Shown here in pieces: positions 8,112-18,354 of a stretch of DNA of 64,000 nucleotides. Location of the stretch: contig CAJBME010000367.1 in NCBI GenBank assembly GCA_903954065.1, positions 1,302 through 65,301 of the forward strand, in the 5' to 3' direction. Within the stretch, counting starts at the first letter, position 1; every line of letters begins with the position of its first letter. The position numbers and the translations under genes were made by a program. The notes under the pieces are model-generated. The model ran no database searches, was not told the origin of the DNA, and saw nothing but the letters and a program-made list of their open reading frames with translations. The stretch is from an uncultured bacterium (GTDB lineage: Bacteria; Verrucomicrobiota; Verrucomicrobiia; Verrucomicrobiales; V1-33).

Positions 8112-10505
8112 TTAGAACTGGTAGCCGATATTGAAGTTAAACCGGGCGCCATTGTCATTGGCTTCATCGGCTTGGACGGGCAAGCCGACCTCGACGCGGA
8201 TCGGGCCTTGGGGCAGCACGTTGTAGAGGTGGAGGCCGACGCCGACATCGGAATTCCATTCACCGCCGAGGTCGGCGAATGATTCTGACACCATACCGAG
8301 ATCGGCGAAGACGATGCCGCGGAAGTTCCAGAACAGGGGGAAGTTGTATTCGGCTGTGACGTAGGTGGAAGTGCCGCCGCCGATTGGCTCATCGATGTCA
8401 TCGCGCGGTCCGACGTCGCGGTAATCAAATCCGCGGAGGTTGTTCTGACCGCCGAGGAATTTCCGCTGGAAGATTGGCACGCGGTCGTCGCCCCAGTTGT
8501 CGATCGACTCGATGGCGCCTTCTACTTTGAAGACGGTATCGAAGGGCAGGCTGAAGTATTTGGCGCCGGAGAGGCCGAGTTCGTAGGTTTGGACATCGCC
8601 GCCGAGGCCGGAAACGGCCGCGTCGAGGGTGAGTTTGTGGCCCTTCCGGGTCAATCCGAGGAGGACGTCGCGGGTGTCGTAGCTGTAGGTACCGCCGACG
8701 GTGCTGGCGATGTAATCGCCTTCTTCCTGACGAATTTGCTGACTGGCATCGGAGGCGATGTTTTCGACAGAGACGTTTTGCAGGCGGTATTCACCGCGGA
8801 GACGGCTGTTTTCGCTGACGGGTTTGGTCAGGCTGAGGGCGGTGCCGACGTTGGTTTGGTCGTAATAGTCCGACAAGTAGAGCATTTCGCGATAGAAGAG
8901 CTCGGTACCGAAGGCGAGGCGTTCGCCCATGAACCATGGCTCTGTGAATTCCACGGCGAAGTCGCGGCGTTTGTCGCCGTATTGAACGCGGGTGCGGAAT
9001 TTCTGACCGGCGCCGGTGAAGTTGGGCCAATTCCAGAGGTCAAAGTTTGTTTGTTGGAGTTCGACGATGCCGATGAGGCTGTCGATGCTGCTGAAGCCGA
9101 CGCCGAACTGGACTTGTCCGGTCGATTTCTCCCGCACGGTGATATTGATGTCTTTATAGCCGGGGGCATCGGTATCGGTGGGGAAGAATTCCACGCCACC
9201 TTGTTCCGGATTTTCGAAGTAGCCGAGGTTTTGCAGGCGTTTTTGGGAGACCTCGAGTTTGGTGGTGCTGAATTCTTCACCTGGGACGACGGCGATTTCG
9301 CGACGGATGACTTCGTCTCGGGTTTTTTGATTCCCGTCGATATTGATGCGGCGAATGTAAGAGCGTGTTCCTTCGACCACGGCGTAGGTGACGCCGAGTT
9401 GACCGGCGCCGCTGCGGGTGATGCGCGGGGTGGTCTGGACATCGGCGTAACCGCGGGCGCCGTAATAATCGCGGATGAGTTTCAGATCGCCTTTGATGGA
9501 GCCGGCGGAATACGGTTCACCGGCGGTGAGAGCCAAGCTGGGGAGTAATTCTTCCTTGGGGTAGGTGCTCATTCCCTCGATGCCGACGCCCGAGATGGTA
9601 TATTTATCGCCTTCTTCGACGCGGAAGATGACATCGACCTTATTACCGACGGGCTGGCGATCGACACCGACGACCCGGGCGTTCATGTAGCCATTGTCTT
9701 GGTATTTCGCCTGGATGGTGGTGACGTCTTTTTCCAGTTTTTCGGAATTGATGCGTTTGGTCAGGTTCCAGACCTTCCACAAGTCGCGGTCACCGACGAC
9801 CACGAGTTTGCGCAATTCTTTCTCACTGAAGACGGTATTTCCTTGGAAGCGGACATCATTCAGGAGGGCGCGTTCGCCTTCGGTGATGTAGAAAGTGGCG
9901 CGGGTGAATCCGGTTTCCGGCGCTTTTTCTTGTTGGTAGCGGATGTCGACGTCGGGAAACCCTTTCTTTTGGTAGGTTTCGCGGATTTTGGTGGCGGCCT
10001 CTTGCAGTTTTACATCATCGACGATGCTGCCGGTCTCGAGTTCGATGGCTTTTTCGAGGTCGGCGCTGGGGACGGCGGTATTTCCGAGGAAGACGATTTC
10101 GCCCAAGCTGGTTTGGGGTTCGACGACGACGGTTAATTTGACGCCATCACCGGACGGTTCGGGGATGATGCTGACGTTGGCGGCGACCCCTGAGGAGATG
10201 AGGTTTTTGATATCGGCGTCACTTTTCTCTTGGGAGTAGGCGCTACCGACTTTCAGGCTCATGTTGGAGAGGACGCGATTTCGATCGACGCTGGCGCCGG
10301 AGGCGGCGCGGACGTCGATAGATTTGACCTCTTGAATTTGAAGGCCTGGGGCCTCTGCCGACGGGTCGGTGGGGTCGGCGAGCTCAGGTTCCTGAGCCAT
10401 GATCGCGGGGGTCAAGAGCAGTGCTGCTGCCGCGATAATGGCCCCGGGGCGCGTGGCGCGTCGGATTGGCTGGTCGGAAGCAGTGGAGAACGGTCGGTGG
10501 ATCAT
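8112..10505 (-). CDS. bamA: outer-membrane protein assembly factor BamA
   Basis: About 800 aa with POTRA-like repeats (IQEVKSIDVRAA...; LNDVRFQGNTVFSEKELRKL; ISGVGIEGMSTYPKEELL; IRRINIDGNQKTRDEVIRREI). C-terminal Omp85 barrel ends ...RFNFNIGYQF. Start taken at MIHRPF (10505); the track start is 10571. Confidence 0.9.
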   Translation of the reverse strand: MIHRPFSTASDQPIRRATRPGAIIAAAALLLTPAIMAQEPELADPTDPSAEAPGLQIQEVKSIDVRAASGASVDRNRVLSNMSLKVGSAYSQEKSDADIKNLISSGVAANVSIIPEPSGDGVKLTVVVEPQTSLGEIVFLGNTAVPSADLEKAIELETGSIVDDVKLQEAATKIRETYQKKGFPDVDIRYQQEKAPETGFTRATFYITEGERALLNDVRFQGNTVFSEKELRKLVVVGDRDLWKVWNLTKRINSEKLEKDVTTIQAKYQDNGYMNARVVGVDRQPVGNKVDVIFRVEEGDKYTISGVGIEGMSTYPKEELLPSLALTAGEPYSAGSIKGDLKLIRDYYGARGYADVQTTPRITRSGAGQLGVTYAVVEGTRSYIRRINIDGNQKTRDEVIRREIAVVPGEEFSTTKLEVSQKRLQNLGYFENPEQGGVEFFPTDTDAPGYKDINITVREKSTGQVQFGVGFSSIDSLIGIVELQQTNFDLWNWPNFTGAGQKFRTRVQYGDKRRDFAVEFTEPWFMGERLAFGTELFYREMLYLSDYYDQTNVGTALSLTKPVSENSRLRGEYRLQNVSVENIASDASQQIRQEEGDYIASTVGGTYSYDTRDVLLGLTRKGHKLTLDAAVSGLGGDVQTYELGLSGAKYFSLPFDTVFKVEGAIESIDNWGDDRVPIFQRKFLGGQNNLRGFDYRDVGPRDDIDEPIGGGTSTYVTAEYNFPLFWNFRGIVFADLGMVSESFADLGGEWNSDVGVGLHLYNVLPQGPIRVEVGLPVQADEANDNGARFNFNIGYQF

Positions 10506-10676
10506 GGGCGAGTCGCGGATATGGTCACTGGATGCGCTGGCGGGTGGAAACCAGCCATAAGACTTCAGCATAAGCTAATTCTTCGTCTGCATACAGTAAA
10601 ATCGTCACAGTGGGTTAAGGACATTTTCTGACTGGGGTGATGGCGGTCTGGCGGGGAGTGTATGGGGAGGATTTTC

Positions 10677-11735
10677 TCATCGGCGGACTGATCCGCCGGT
10701 GGTGCCTTGGGTGAGGGCGACGATTTCGTCGCGGGTGGACAGATTGAAGTCACCTTCGATCGAGTGGGCGAGGCATCCGGCGGCGGTGGCGAAGGCGATA
10801 GCGGATTCGGGGTGGCTGAGTTCTGGGGTAATGAAGGCGAAGATGAGACCGGCGGTGAAGGCATCGCCGGCGCCGAGGCGGTCGACGGTAAAGCTGATGG
10901 GGTGGAAGTGATCTGGGAGCGGGGCGCAGGATATTTGGCCGGTGGCGGCGGAGAAGAGCCATCCGCCGAATCCGCCGGTGGTGGCGGAGGTGGCTTCGCG
11001 TCGGGTGAAGGCGATGTGGTGGAGGTGGGGAAACTCGCGGACGATGAGGCGGGCGGTTTCTTCTGGGGTGGTGTGGGGGTGGGGGTCGGGCAGGATGAGG
11101 TCCCGGGCGTCCTCGTGACCGCCGATGAGGAGATTGACTGATGGCATCAGAGTTCGCAGGGTGCGTGAGGCGAGGGTGCGTGGGGGTGTGGGTGGGTCCC
11201 ACGTCCATAATTTGCTACGGTAATTGAGGTCGAGCGCGACGGACACGCCGCGGCGCGAGGCTTCTTGCACGGCGGTCAGGGCGACCTCAGCGGCGGTGCG
11301 GGAGATGGCAGGGGTGATACCGGAGAGGACGAACCAGCTGGCGTCTTCGAAGATGTCGGCCCATGGATAGGCACTGGCGGGAGTTTCGGCGCAGGACGAG
11401 TGGAGCCGGTCGTAGATGACTTGGGCGGGCCGTTGGTTGACACCGGCTTCGACGAAGAAGAGTCCGAGACGACCCTGCGGGGTGCGCACGATGTGACGGG
11501 TTTCGACGCCATGGGAGCGCAGGGTGGCGATGGCGGCGTCGGCGAGCGGGTGGTGGGACGGCAGCGCGGTGACGAAGCTGGCGGTGGCGCCGAGGTGGGC
11601 GAGCGAGACAGCGACGGAGGCTTCGGCGCCGGCGAAGGTGGTTTCCAGGGTGCCGGGCATGGCTTGCTGGAACCGTTGATATCCTGGGGTGGCGAGGCGG
11701 CCCATGATTTCGCCCAATGTGACAACGCGACTCAT
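10677..11735 (-). CDS. PfkB-family sugar kinase (2-keto-3-deoxygluconate kinase-like)
   Basis: MSRVVTLGEIMGRL...FAGAEASVAVSLAHLG...VALDLNYRSKLW...DRLGAGDAFTAGLIFA. The 86-aa Ser/Pro-rich N-terminal extension in the track ORF overlaps gspF and was rejected. Confidence 0.8.
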   Translation of the reverse strand: MSRVVTLGEIMGRLATPGYQRFQQAMPGTLETTFAGAEASVAVSLAHLGATASFVTALPSHHPLADAAIATLRSHGVETRHIVRTPQGRLGLFFVEAGVNQRPAQVIYDRLHSSCAETPASAYPWADIFEDASWFVLSGITPAISRTAAEVALTAVQEASRRGVSVALDLNYRSKLWTWDPPTPPRTLASRTLRTLMPSVNLLIGGHEDARDLILPDPHPHTTPEETARLIVREFPHLHHIAFTRREATSATTGGFGGWLFSAATGQISCAPLPDHFHPISFTVDRLGAGDAFTAGLIFAFITPELSHPESAIAFATAAGCLAHSIEGDFNLSTRDEIVALTQGTTGGSVRR

Positions 11736-11787
11736 GGGGGCATGGGCATCGCTGATCGGGCGAGTGTCAAATTGAAACGCGGGTGGG

Positions 11788-13014
11788 CTAGCCGCTTTTG
11801 GCGCGGATGCCTGAGATGGCGGAGAAGATGGAGGCGACGATGCAGTAGGCGATGATGGTGACGACGACGGCGAGGAAGACGATGATGACTGGGGAGACGA
11901 GCGAGGTGAGGCGTTGGATGCGGCGGTCGAGTTCTTTGTCGTAGCGCGACGATGCTTTTTGCAGGGAGCGGGCGAGCTGGCCGGTTTGTTCACCGATGGA
12001 GATGATGTCGGTCAGTTGTGATTGGAAGCCTCCGGCGCGGTGGAGTGAGAGCGAGAGTGTTTCGCCGGCGGCGACTGAGTCGATGGCCTGGTGGAGGCGG
12101 CTGCGAAAAAACTGATTGGCGGTGCCGCGGACGAGGAGACGGAGGGCGGAGAGCAGGGGGACGCCGTTGGTGATGAGGTTACCGAGGGCTTGAGTGAAAG
12201 TGGCGTGGAAGCGGGCGTCGACGATTGGGCCGATGAGAGGGATATTTAATTTCGCGCGGTCCCACCAAGCGCGACCGGCGGTGGTGGCGAGCAGGCCGCG
12301 GAAGAGGCCGGCGGCGGCGGTGGTAGTGGCGAGGATGGTCCAGAAATGGGTGGTGGCGAAGTGGCTGACGCTGAGCAGACCGCGGGCCACGGCGGGCAGT
12401 GATTGCCCGGTTTTGGCGAGCAGGCCGGTCAATTGCGGGACCAGCACGAGGGCGAAGACGGCCATGAGCAGAGTGCAGGCGCCGATCATGAAGGCGGGAT
12501 AGACCATGGCCTGAGTGAAGCGTTTTTGCAGTTCATGGAGCTGGGACAGGCTACTGGCCATGCGTTGGAGGACGCCGGCGAGGCTGCCGGACGCTTCGCC
12601 GGCGGCGACGAGGGAAGTGTAGAGGTCATCGAAGCTGGGGGAGGCCTGACGGAAGGAGGCGGAGAGAGTTGCTCCGTCTTGGAGGTAGAGTCGGGTGCGG
12701 GCGCTGACCTGGCGGATGCCTGGGTGTTGTTGTTTTTCCGCCATGACGGTGAGGGCCTGCTGGACGGGCAGGCCGGCCTCCAGTAGGTCGGCCAGTTCGG
12801 AGGTAAAGAAGATGAGGGTGGGGCGATTGAGACGGACGGGACGGGTGGTGGGGGTGGATGATGAGGTGGCGGCGGTGTTGGTTTCCCGCACGTCTAGCGG
12901 CGAGAGACGGAGCGACTGCAATTCTCGGTAGGCTTCGCGTCGAGTGGACGCCTCGAGTGCGCCCTGGACGGTCTGGCCATTGGAGGAGAGAGCCTGGTAA
13001 GTAAAGTGGGGCAT
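11788..13014 (-). CDS. gspF: type II secretion system inner-membrane platform protein GspF
   Basis: Two GspF/PilC repeats (FTSELADLLEAGLPVQQAL...; FTQALGNLITNGVPLLSALRL...) and three TM segments. It follows gspE. Confidence 0.9.
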   Translation of the reverse strand: MPHFTYQALSSNGQTVQGALEASTRREAYRELQSLRLSPLDVRETNTAATSSSTPTTRPVRLNRPTLIFFTSELADLLEAGLPVQQALTVMAEKQQHPGIRQVSARTRLYLQDGATLSASFRQASPSFDDLYTSLVAAGEASGSLAGVLQRMASSLSQLHELQKRFTQAMVYPAFMIGACTLLMAVFALVLVPQLTGLLAKTGQSLPAVARGLLSVSHFATTHFWTILATTTAAAGLFRGLLATTAGRAWWDRAKLNIPLIGPIVDARFHATFTQALGNLITNGVPLLSALRLLVRGTANQFFRSRLHQAIDSVAAGETLSLSLHRAGGFQSQLTDIISIGEQTGQLARSLQKASSRYDKELDRRIQRLTSLVSPVIIVFLAVVVTIIAYCIVASIFSAISGIRAKSG

Positions 13015-13039
13015 GGGGCGGGTGGTTTAGGCGCGGAGG

Positions 13040-14755
13040 TCAGTGGTTTTGATCGGCGGTGGTGACGGCGATGACTTCCTCGATGGTGGTTTCTCCGGAG
13101 ATGACTTTTCTCCATCCGTAGTCGCGCATGGGCACCATGCCTTCGGCGAGGGCCTTGGTTTTGAGGACGGACATGGGGGCGCGGTCGGTGATAAGTTCCT
13201 GCATGTCGGGGGTGATGGTACAGACCTCGATGAGGGCCATGCGACCGCGGTATCCGGTGCCCCGGCATTCACGGCATCCATGGGCGGTTTGAATGGCCTC
13301 TCGGTGTTGGAGCGGGAACCCGATGGACTGGAGATAATGATCATGGAACTGGCCGTCCCCGGCGGGTTGCACACACAGCGGGCATAACCTCCGCACCAGC
13401 CGCTGAGCCAGCAGAGCCCGTACGGATGAGGCAATCAAAAACGGCTCAATTCCCATGTCGAGCAGGCGCGAGATACCGCCGACGGCATCATTGGTATGCA
13501 GTGTGGAAAAGACGAGGTGGCCGGTGAGGGCGCCGCGGATGGCGATCTCGGTGGTTTCCAAGTCGCGCATTTCTCCGACCATGATGACATTGGGATCGCC
13601 GCGCAAGATACTGCGCAAGCCGGCGGCAAAAGTCAGGTTGATCTCGGGTTTGACGGCGATCTGGACGACGCCGTCGAGTTTGTTTTCGACGGGATCCTCG
13701 ATGGTGACGATCCGGCGTTCGCGGGTATTTAATTCGCGAAGGAAAGTGTACAGGGTACTGGACTTGCCGCATCCGGTCGGGCCGGTGACGAGAATGATGC
13801 CATTGGGCAGGGCGAGCAGGGCGCGGATGCGGGACTCGAGGGCATCGTCCATGCCGATGGTGGCCAGCTCGAGCCGTTCGCGTCCGAGCAGGCGCAGGCT
13901 GACGCTTTCGCCATTGACGGACGGGATGGTGGCGATGCGCACGTCGTACCGTTGACCGCCGAGTTCGAGGTTGAGGCGTCCGTCCTGAGGGAGTCGTCGT
14001 TCGGCGATGTCGAGGTGCGCCATGATTTTGAGGCGCGAGACGAGGGAGTTTTGCAGCAGCCGCACATTGGGTGGTACGGCCACTTCCTGCAGTGATCCAT
14101 CCACGCGGTAGCGGATGCGCAGGTCGTTTTCCAGCGGTTCCAGATGAATGTCCGTGGCGCGTTCCCGGATGGCTTCGCTGAAGATTTGATTGACGAAACT
14201 CATCACGGTCGCCTCCTCGTTGTCTTCCAGAACGGTCACTTCCTGACGCAGGGCGTCATGTTCTGTCTGGTCCATTTTGCCCTCGATCAATTCATCAAAG
14301 CGCGACGCTCCCACGCCATACCCGGAGCGCAGCGCCTCGAGGATGGCGGTGCGGGTCGAGAGGACCCAAGTGACATTTTGGTCGAGCGTCTGGCCAGCCA
14401 TCTGCCGGGACTCGAGGTCAAACGGATCATACGCTAGCAGGCGCAGACGGCCGTCCTGCACGCGGCCTGGTAGCACGCGATGGCGCAGAGCGAGCCGCGC
14501 GGGGAGCCGCATGTGAGCCGGACTTTCGGGATCGATTTCTGGCACCGGCATGAAATCGATCCCCAGTTGCGTGGCGAGCGAGCGGGAAAAGGCTTCCTCG
14601 TTGGTGATGAGATCGGAATCGAGCAAGGCATCGACCCACCCCATGCCGGCGGCCCCTGCTTCGGCGAGCGTGCGCGCGGCGGTTTCGTTCTCGGCGCAGC
14701 CGCCATGGCGCGCGGCGAGCAGGAGAATTTTTTCGATGGGCCGTGGGTGGGACAT
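13040..14755 (-). CDS. gspE: type II secretion ATPase GspE
   Basis: Walker A GPTGCGKSST, Asp box, Walker B IMVGEMRD, His box TGHLVFSTLHTN. Tetracysteine CPLC...CRECRGTGYRGR. N-terminal T2SSE_N domain. Confidence 0.95.
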   Translation of the reverse strand: MSHPRPIEKILLLAARHGGCAENETAARTLAEAGAAGMGWVDALLDSDLITNEEAFSRSLATQLGIDFMPVPEIDPESPAHMRLPARLALRHRVLPGRVQDGRLRLLAYDPFDLESRQMAGQTLDQNVTWVLSTRTAILEALRSGYGVGASRFDELIEGKMDQTEHDALRQEVTVLEDNEEATVMSFVNQIFSEAIRERATDIHLEPLENDLRIRYRVDGSLQEVAVPPNVRLLQNSLVSRLKIMAHLDIAERRLPQDGRLNLELGGQRYDVRIATIPSVNGESVSLRLLGRERLELATIGMDDALESRIRALLALPNGIILVTGPTGCGKSSTLYTFLRELNTRERRIVTIEDPVENKLDGVVQIAVKPEINLTFAAGLRSILRGDPNVIMVGEMRDLETTEIAIRGALTGHLVFSTLHTNDAVGGISRLLDMGIEPFLIASSVRALLAQRLVRRLCPLCVQPAGDGQFHDHYLQSIGFPLQHREAIQTAHGCRECRGTGYRGRMALIEVCTITPDMQELITDRAPMSVLKTKALAEGMVPMRDYGWRKVISGETTIEEVIAVTTADQNH

Positions 14756-14756
14756 A

Positions 14757-17051
14757 TCAGCGGCGGGTGGGGGCGGTCGTGCTGGCCGGAGTGGCGGGCA
14801 CGTCTGCGTTGGGCGCGTCCGTGGTGTGGGTGGTGGTTTCGGGCGAGGGGGGTGTTTCCGGTATGAATTCGGGGACGAATTCGGGGAAGGAGGCGGCGGC
14901 GGCGGCGCCGACTTGGGTACGCAAGTCTTCTTGGAGACTGGCGGCGTCTACTTGGGCGCCGTCTTCCACGACGACGGGTTGGATGAAAATGATGAGTTCC
15001 TTGCGGGTTTTGACGGTTTTGGATGATTTAAAGAGATTTCCGACCATCGGGATGCGGCTGAGCACGGGCACGCCGGTATTGGTTTTTTCGTCATTTTCGG
15101 TAATCAGGCCACCGAGCACGATGGTGGCGCGATTGGCGACGGTGACGGTGGTGACGAGCCGTTCGGTACCGATGATGGGCACGGTATTGTCGGCTACGAC
15201 TTGTTGACCGACGACGGTGTCATTGACTTGGGCGATGGTCAGACTGACTTCCTTGTTGCTATTGATGAGCGGGATGACCTCGAGTTTAAGCACGACGTCT
15301 TGGAAGGCGATGTTGGTGCGGATGCTGTTGCTATTGTCGAGGTCGCTGACGCTGCTAGTGGGCACTGGGATGCGTCGGCCGGAAGTGATGACGGCTTTTT
15401 TGTTATTGGCGGCGTAGATGGACGGGCGGCTGAGCACTTTGAAGGCCTGCGTTTTTTCCAAGGCGCGGACGAAGACATTTACGCCATCGGAGATTTCGCC
15501 ATAGATGTTGAGTCCTTGGAGTGGTGGCAGGGCCGCGTCGGTGACCTTGGGATTACGCATGTCTGGAATGGCGCGCAGGAGCGAGTCGCGGGTGACGACG
15601 GCGCCGGCGTAATTGCCTTGGCCATCGGCTTTAAACTCGCGGAGAAAATCGACGCCAAACTCCATGCCATCTTCCAGCGAGAGCTGACCGATGACGGTGG
15701 CGAGGTAGACCTGAGGAGGTTTTTTATCGAGGTGACTGAGCAGGTCATTAATTTTTGCGATGTCTCCTGGTGGGCCGTAGGCGATGAGTTTGTTGGCTTG
15801 GATGTCGGCGACGAGTCTGGTTTTTCCGACGAGTACTGAGAGCGGGGCGGAATTTTCGTTAGGCGGACTGAGCAGGTCTTGATAGCCGACGGGGGCGTTG
15901 GTGACGCCTTCTCGCTGAGCGGGCGCGCGTTGCGGGCGGCCGGTCAGGGTGGACGGGTCGGTGGACGCTTGCGGCGGCCGCCGAGTGCGCACGACTTGGC
16001 CGCTGGCCATGGTGCTGGCTCCACTGCCAGTGTCTTGCAGCACATCCACCAGTACCGGAAGCACTTGATCGACAAATACATATCGCAGACGTTTCTCGAG
16101 GGGGGCTACGCTGGCGATGGGTTGATCGAACTCGGTGATCAGCCGGCGAGCGTACTCTTGGTCGATCGGTTGAGCGACGAGCATGATGCGGTTGAGGCGG
16201 TCATCGGCGACGACTTTGGGTTCGACGCTGTTGGGGACGCGGATGGGGACGCGGGTTTCGTTGTCGCCGACGGTGTCGCGGGTCAGGGTGGGCAAGCTTT
16301 CGCGTTCATCGAATGTGGAGGCGAGGATTTGGCCGATGACGACGGCGTCGGCATATTTCAGGGCGTAAAATTCCGTAGTCAGGCCGGACTGGCCTTGGGG
16401 CACATCGAGGATGACGGCGACGCGGAGGATTTGCCGGATGTTTTCGGAATTCTCGGTGATGAGCAATCCTGGTGGGCTGGTGACTGGGGTGATACGGCCG
16501 AATTTATTCAGGCCGAGGTGGCTCCAGAAAGTGGTGGCGGCTTCTCCGGGGTCGAGGTGCTGGAGTCTGAGGAAGTATGAGGCGACGGAATTTCCAGTGG
16601 GCAGTTCTTCTGGTGACTGGGCGACGTTCAGGCCGCGGGTGAGGCTGGGCTGGGAGGCATTACCCATCGAGACGCGCACGCTTCGTCCATCGCGCGACTG
16701 GCTGAGAACGTAGCCATTGAGTTGCAGGCAGGATTCGATCAACTCGATGGCTTCCGCTTCCGTGACCGGCTGGGCGGTGACCAGACTGAGTGGGTTGCCT
16801 TCGAAAATTTCGGAATCTTTGATGACCGCTTTTCCGGTCAATAATTCGTATATTCCGAGGACGTCATTGATGCCGTTGTTGGGGAATTGCAGCTGGATGG
16901 TGCCCTCCGTGCCTTCCGTGCTTTCGGGGCCTTGGGCGGCGGGGTCCGGAGTGGCGGCCTCCTGAGACATGACCGGGGTCGGGGCCATGACGAGCAGGGA
17001 AGTGAGTAGGATGACGGGCGGGAGGGAGGAAAGTCGTTGAAGTGAGATCAT
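14757..17051 (-). CDS. gspD: type II secretion system secretin GspD
   Basis: Signal peptide, N0/N1-like repeats and C-terminal secretin domain ...VTVANRATIVLGGLITENDEKTNTGVPVLSRIPMVGNLFKSSKTVKTRKELIIFIQP. Confidence 0.9.
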   Translation of the reverse strand: MISLQRLSSLPPVILLTSLLVMAPTPVMSQEAATPDPAAQGPESTEGTEGTIQLQFPNNGINDVLGIYELLTGKAVIKDSEIFEGNPLSLVTAQPVTEAEAIELIESCLQLNGYVLSQSRDGRSVRVSMGNASQPSLTRGLNVAQSPEELPTGNSVASYFLRLQHLDPGEAATTFWSHLGLNKFGRITPVTSPPGLLITENSENIRQILRVAVILDVPQGQSGLTTEFYALKYADAVVIGQILASTFDERESLPTLTRDTVGDNETRVPIRVPNSVEPKVVADDRLNRIMLVAQPIDQEYARRLITEFDQPIASVAPLEKRLRYVFVDQVLPVLVDVLQDTGSGASTMASGQVVRTRRPPQASTDPSTLTGRPQRAPAQREGVTNAPVGYQDLLSPPNENSAPLSVLVGKTRLVADIQANKLIAYGPPGDIAKINDLLSHLDKKPPQVYLATVIGQLSLEDGMEFGVDFLREFKADGQGNYAGAVVTRDSLLRAIPDMRNPKVTDAALPPLQGLNIYGEISDGVNVFVRALEKTQAFKVLSRPSIYAANNKKAVITSGRRIPVPTSSVSDLDNSNSIRTNIAFQDVVLKLEVIPLINSNKEVSLTIAQVNDTVVGQQVVADNTVPIIGTERLVTTVTVANRATIVLGGLITENDEKTNTGVPVLSRIPMVGNLFKSSKTVKTRKELIIFIQPVVVEDGAQVDAASLQEDLRTQVGAAAAASFPEFVPEFIPETPPSPETTTHTTDAPNADVPATPASTTAPTRR

Positions 17052-17098
17052 GGGACAAAAAACCGGGGCGAGGCGTGGAGATGTGGGGTGGCGGAGGG

Positions 17099-17830
17099 TT
17101 ATGGCCCCGGGGCGGCGGGGGGTGTAGGAGCGGGCGTGTCGGACGGGGCGGGCGTGCTGGCGGGAATTTCTTCGGTGGGCGCAGCTTCACCGGCTTCCTC
17201 GAGGGCTTGGCGCACGAAGGCGAGGCGTCGGGAATCGGGCGCGGTGGGGTAGGTCGAGAGGAAGTCGGCCAATGATTTGCGGAATGATTCCTGGGGGGCG
17301 GCGGGCAGGGTTTCGAATTGGCGGGCGGCGGCGGGGTCGAGTGACCGGAGCATGGCTTCGACGACGACGCTTTCCTCGCGGCGTTTGGCTGGTTTCGAGG
17401 TGTTATCGAGTTTGGGTGGGGCGAGGCGTTCGGGGTCGAAGCGCAGGGTGACTTGTTGACTTCCGACCTCGATGGTGGCGGTGACGTGGCGCAGGTCGGT
17501 GCTTTCGACTAATTCGGCGAGGCGCCATCCTTGGGGATTCGGGCTGCTGGTGACGACGAGCGACTCGCTGGTGGCGCGGTTCCAGATGGTGACTAATTTT
17601 TTCGAGCCGAGGGTAGCCACCCCTGAGAGCACGAGTGATTCGGACAGGCTGAGCAGGCGGCGGAACGGCGGGCGTTCGAGCAGGTCGGTGTAGTCGGCGG
17701 CGCTGACGGTTGGGGGGATGGCGGACTGGGTTTGTTCTTGGGCGTTGACGGGGAGGGTGACGACGGTGGCGGCGAGCGACCAGGTGGCGGCTTGACGAAG
17801 GGGTGATCTGAGGAGCGGCCGTGGGATCAT
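17099..17830 (-). CDS. GspC/PilP-like periplasmic T2SS component (hypothetical)
   Basis: Signal peptide MIPRPLLRSPLRQAATWSLAATVVTLPVNAQ. Beta-rich core LVLSGVATLGSKKLVTIWNRATSESLVVTSS..GWRLAELV....VTATIEVGSQQVTLRF resembles PilP/GspC HR domains. The ATGA overlap with the upstream gene (17827-17830) and position just before gspD support the call. Confidence 0.45.
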   Translation of the reverse strand: MIPRPLLRSPLRQAATWSLAATVVTLPVNAQEQTQSAIPPTVSAADYTDLLERPPFRRLLSLSESLVLSGVATLGSKKLVTIWNRATSESLVVTSSPNPQGWRLAELVESTDLRHVTATIEVGSQQVTLRFDPERLAPPKLDNTSKPAKRREESVVVEAMLRSLDPAAARQFETLPAAPQESFRKSLADFLSTYPTAPDSRRLAFVRQALEEAGEAAPTEEIPASTPAPSDTPAPTPPAAPGP

Positions 17831-18354
17831 GGTTGAAAGAGGCGGGAGATGGTGACGGTTCCGGTCATGCGCGGGGTTGGGCCGTTCTGGGTGGTGAGCA
17901 GCAGGTATTTGATGCGGTGGAATTTTTCGGGTGACTGCAACTCGGCGAGCCATCGGTAGACCGACTGGTCGGGACCGGTGATTTGCAGGGTGACGGCGAG
18001 GTCGTGGTAGTGCGGGGTGGATTCCGGTTTAAGGAGGACGGGTCGTCCGACGGTCAGGCCTCGTTCGCGGGCGCTGTCGCGGAGGGATTCGAGGAACTGG
18101 CTATGAGCGGTGCCGGTATCGTCTTTTTTCGGCATGGTTTTTTCCAACCAGGCGAGACGTTCTTCCCAGAACGGGGCATCGGCCAGCGACGCTTGGGTGG
18201 CGAGATTTTCCGGCTGGAGGGCATCGATTCGTTTTCTGGCGGCGCTGGTGCGGAGGCGGTGGTCACGGATAAAAAACGCGAGGGCGAGGGTACTGACGAG
18301 CGTGAGGCAGGCGGTCAGCAGGATTTTCTCGGACGTGGTCAGGGGTCGTTTCAT
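17827..18354 (-). CDS. GspM/PilO-like bitopic T2SS component
   Basis: 175 aa with a single N-terminal TM (ILLTACLTLVSTLALAFFI), coiled region and C-terminal ferredoxin-like part. ATGA overlaps on both sides (18351-18354 and 17827-17830). Confidence 0.5.
   Translation of the reverse strand: MKRPLTTSEKILLTACLTLVSTLALAFFIRDHRLRTSAARKRIDALQPENLATQASLADAPFWEERLAWLEKTMPKKDDTGTAHSQFLESLRDSARERGLTVGRPVLLKPESTPHYHDLAVTLQITGPDQSVYRWLAELQSPEKFHRIKYLLLTTQNGPTPRMTGTVTISRLFQP

Noticed and set aside
10677-11993. Long N-terminal extensions of track ORFs (kdgK-like to 11993, NHL gene to 47702, lolC/E to 57946, TPM protein to 5762, tal to 2343)
   Set aside because: The extensions overlap upstream genes or are low-complexity. 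Homologue-length N-termini begin at internal ATGs that I verified in the sequence.
13040-14755. c-di-GMP-binding MshEN motif in the GspE N-terminus
   Set aside because: Only a partial match is present (..ALLDSDLI....F...L..Q). It lacks the RLG start and the central Gly of the 24-residue motif, which is insufficient.
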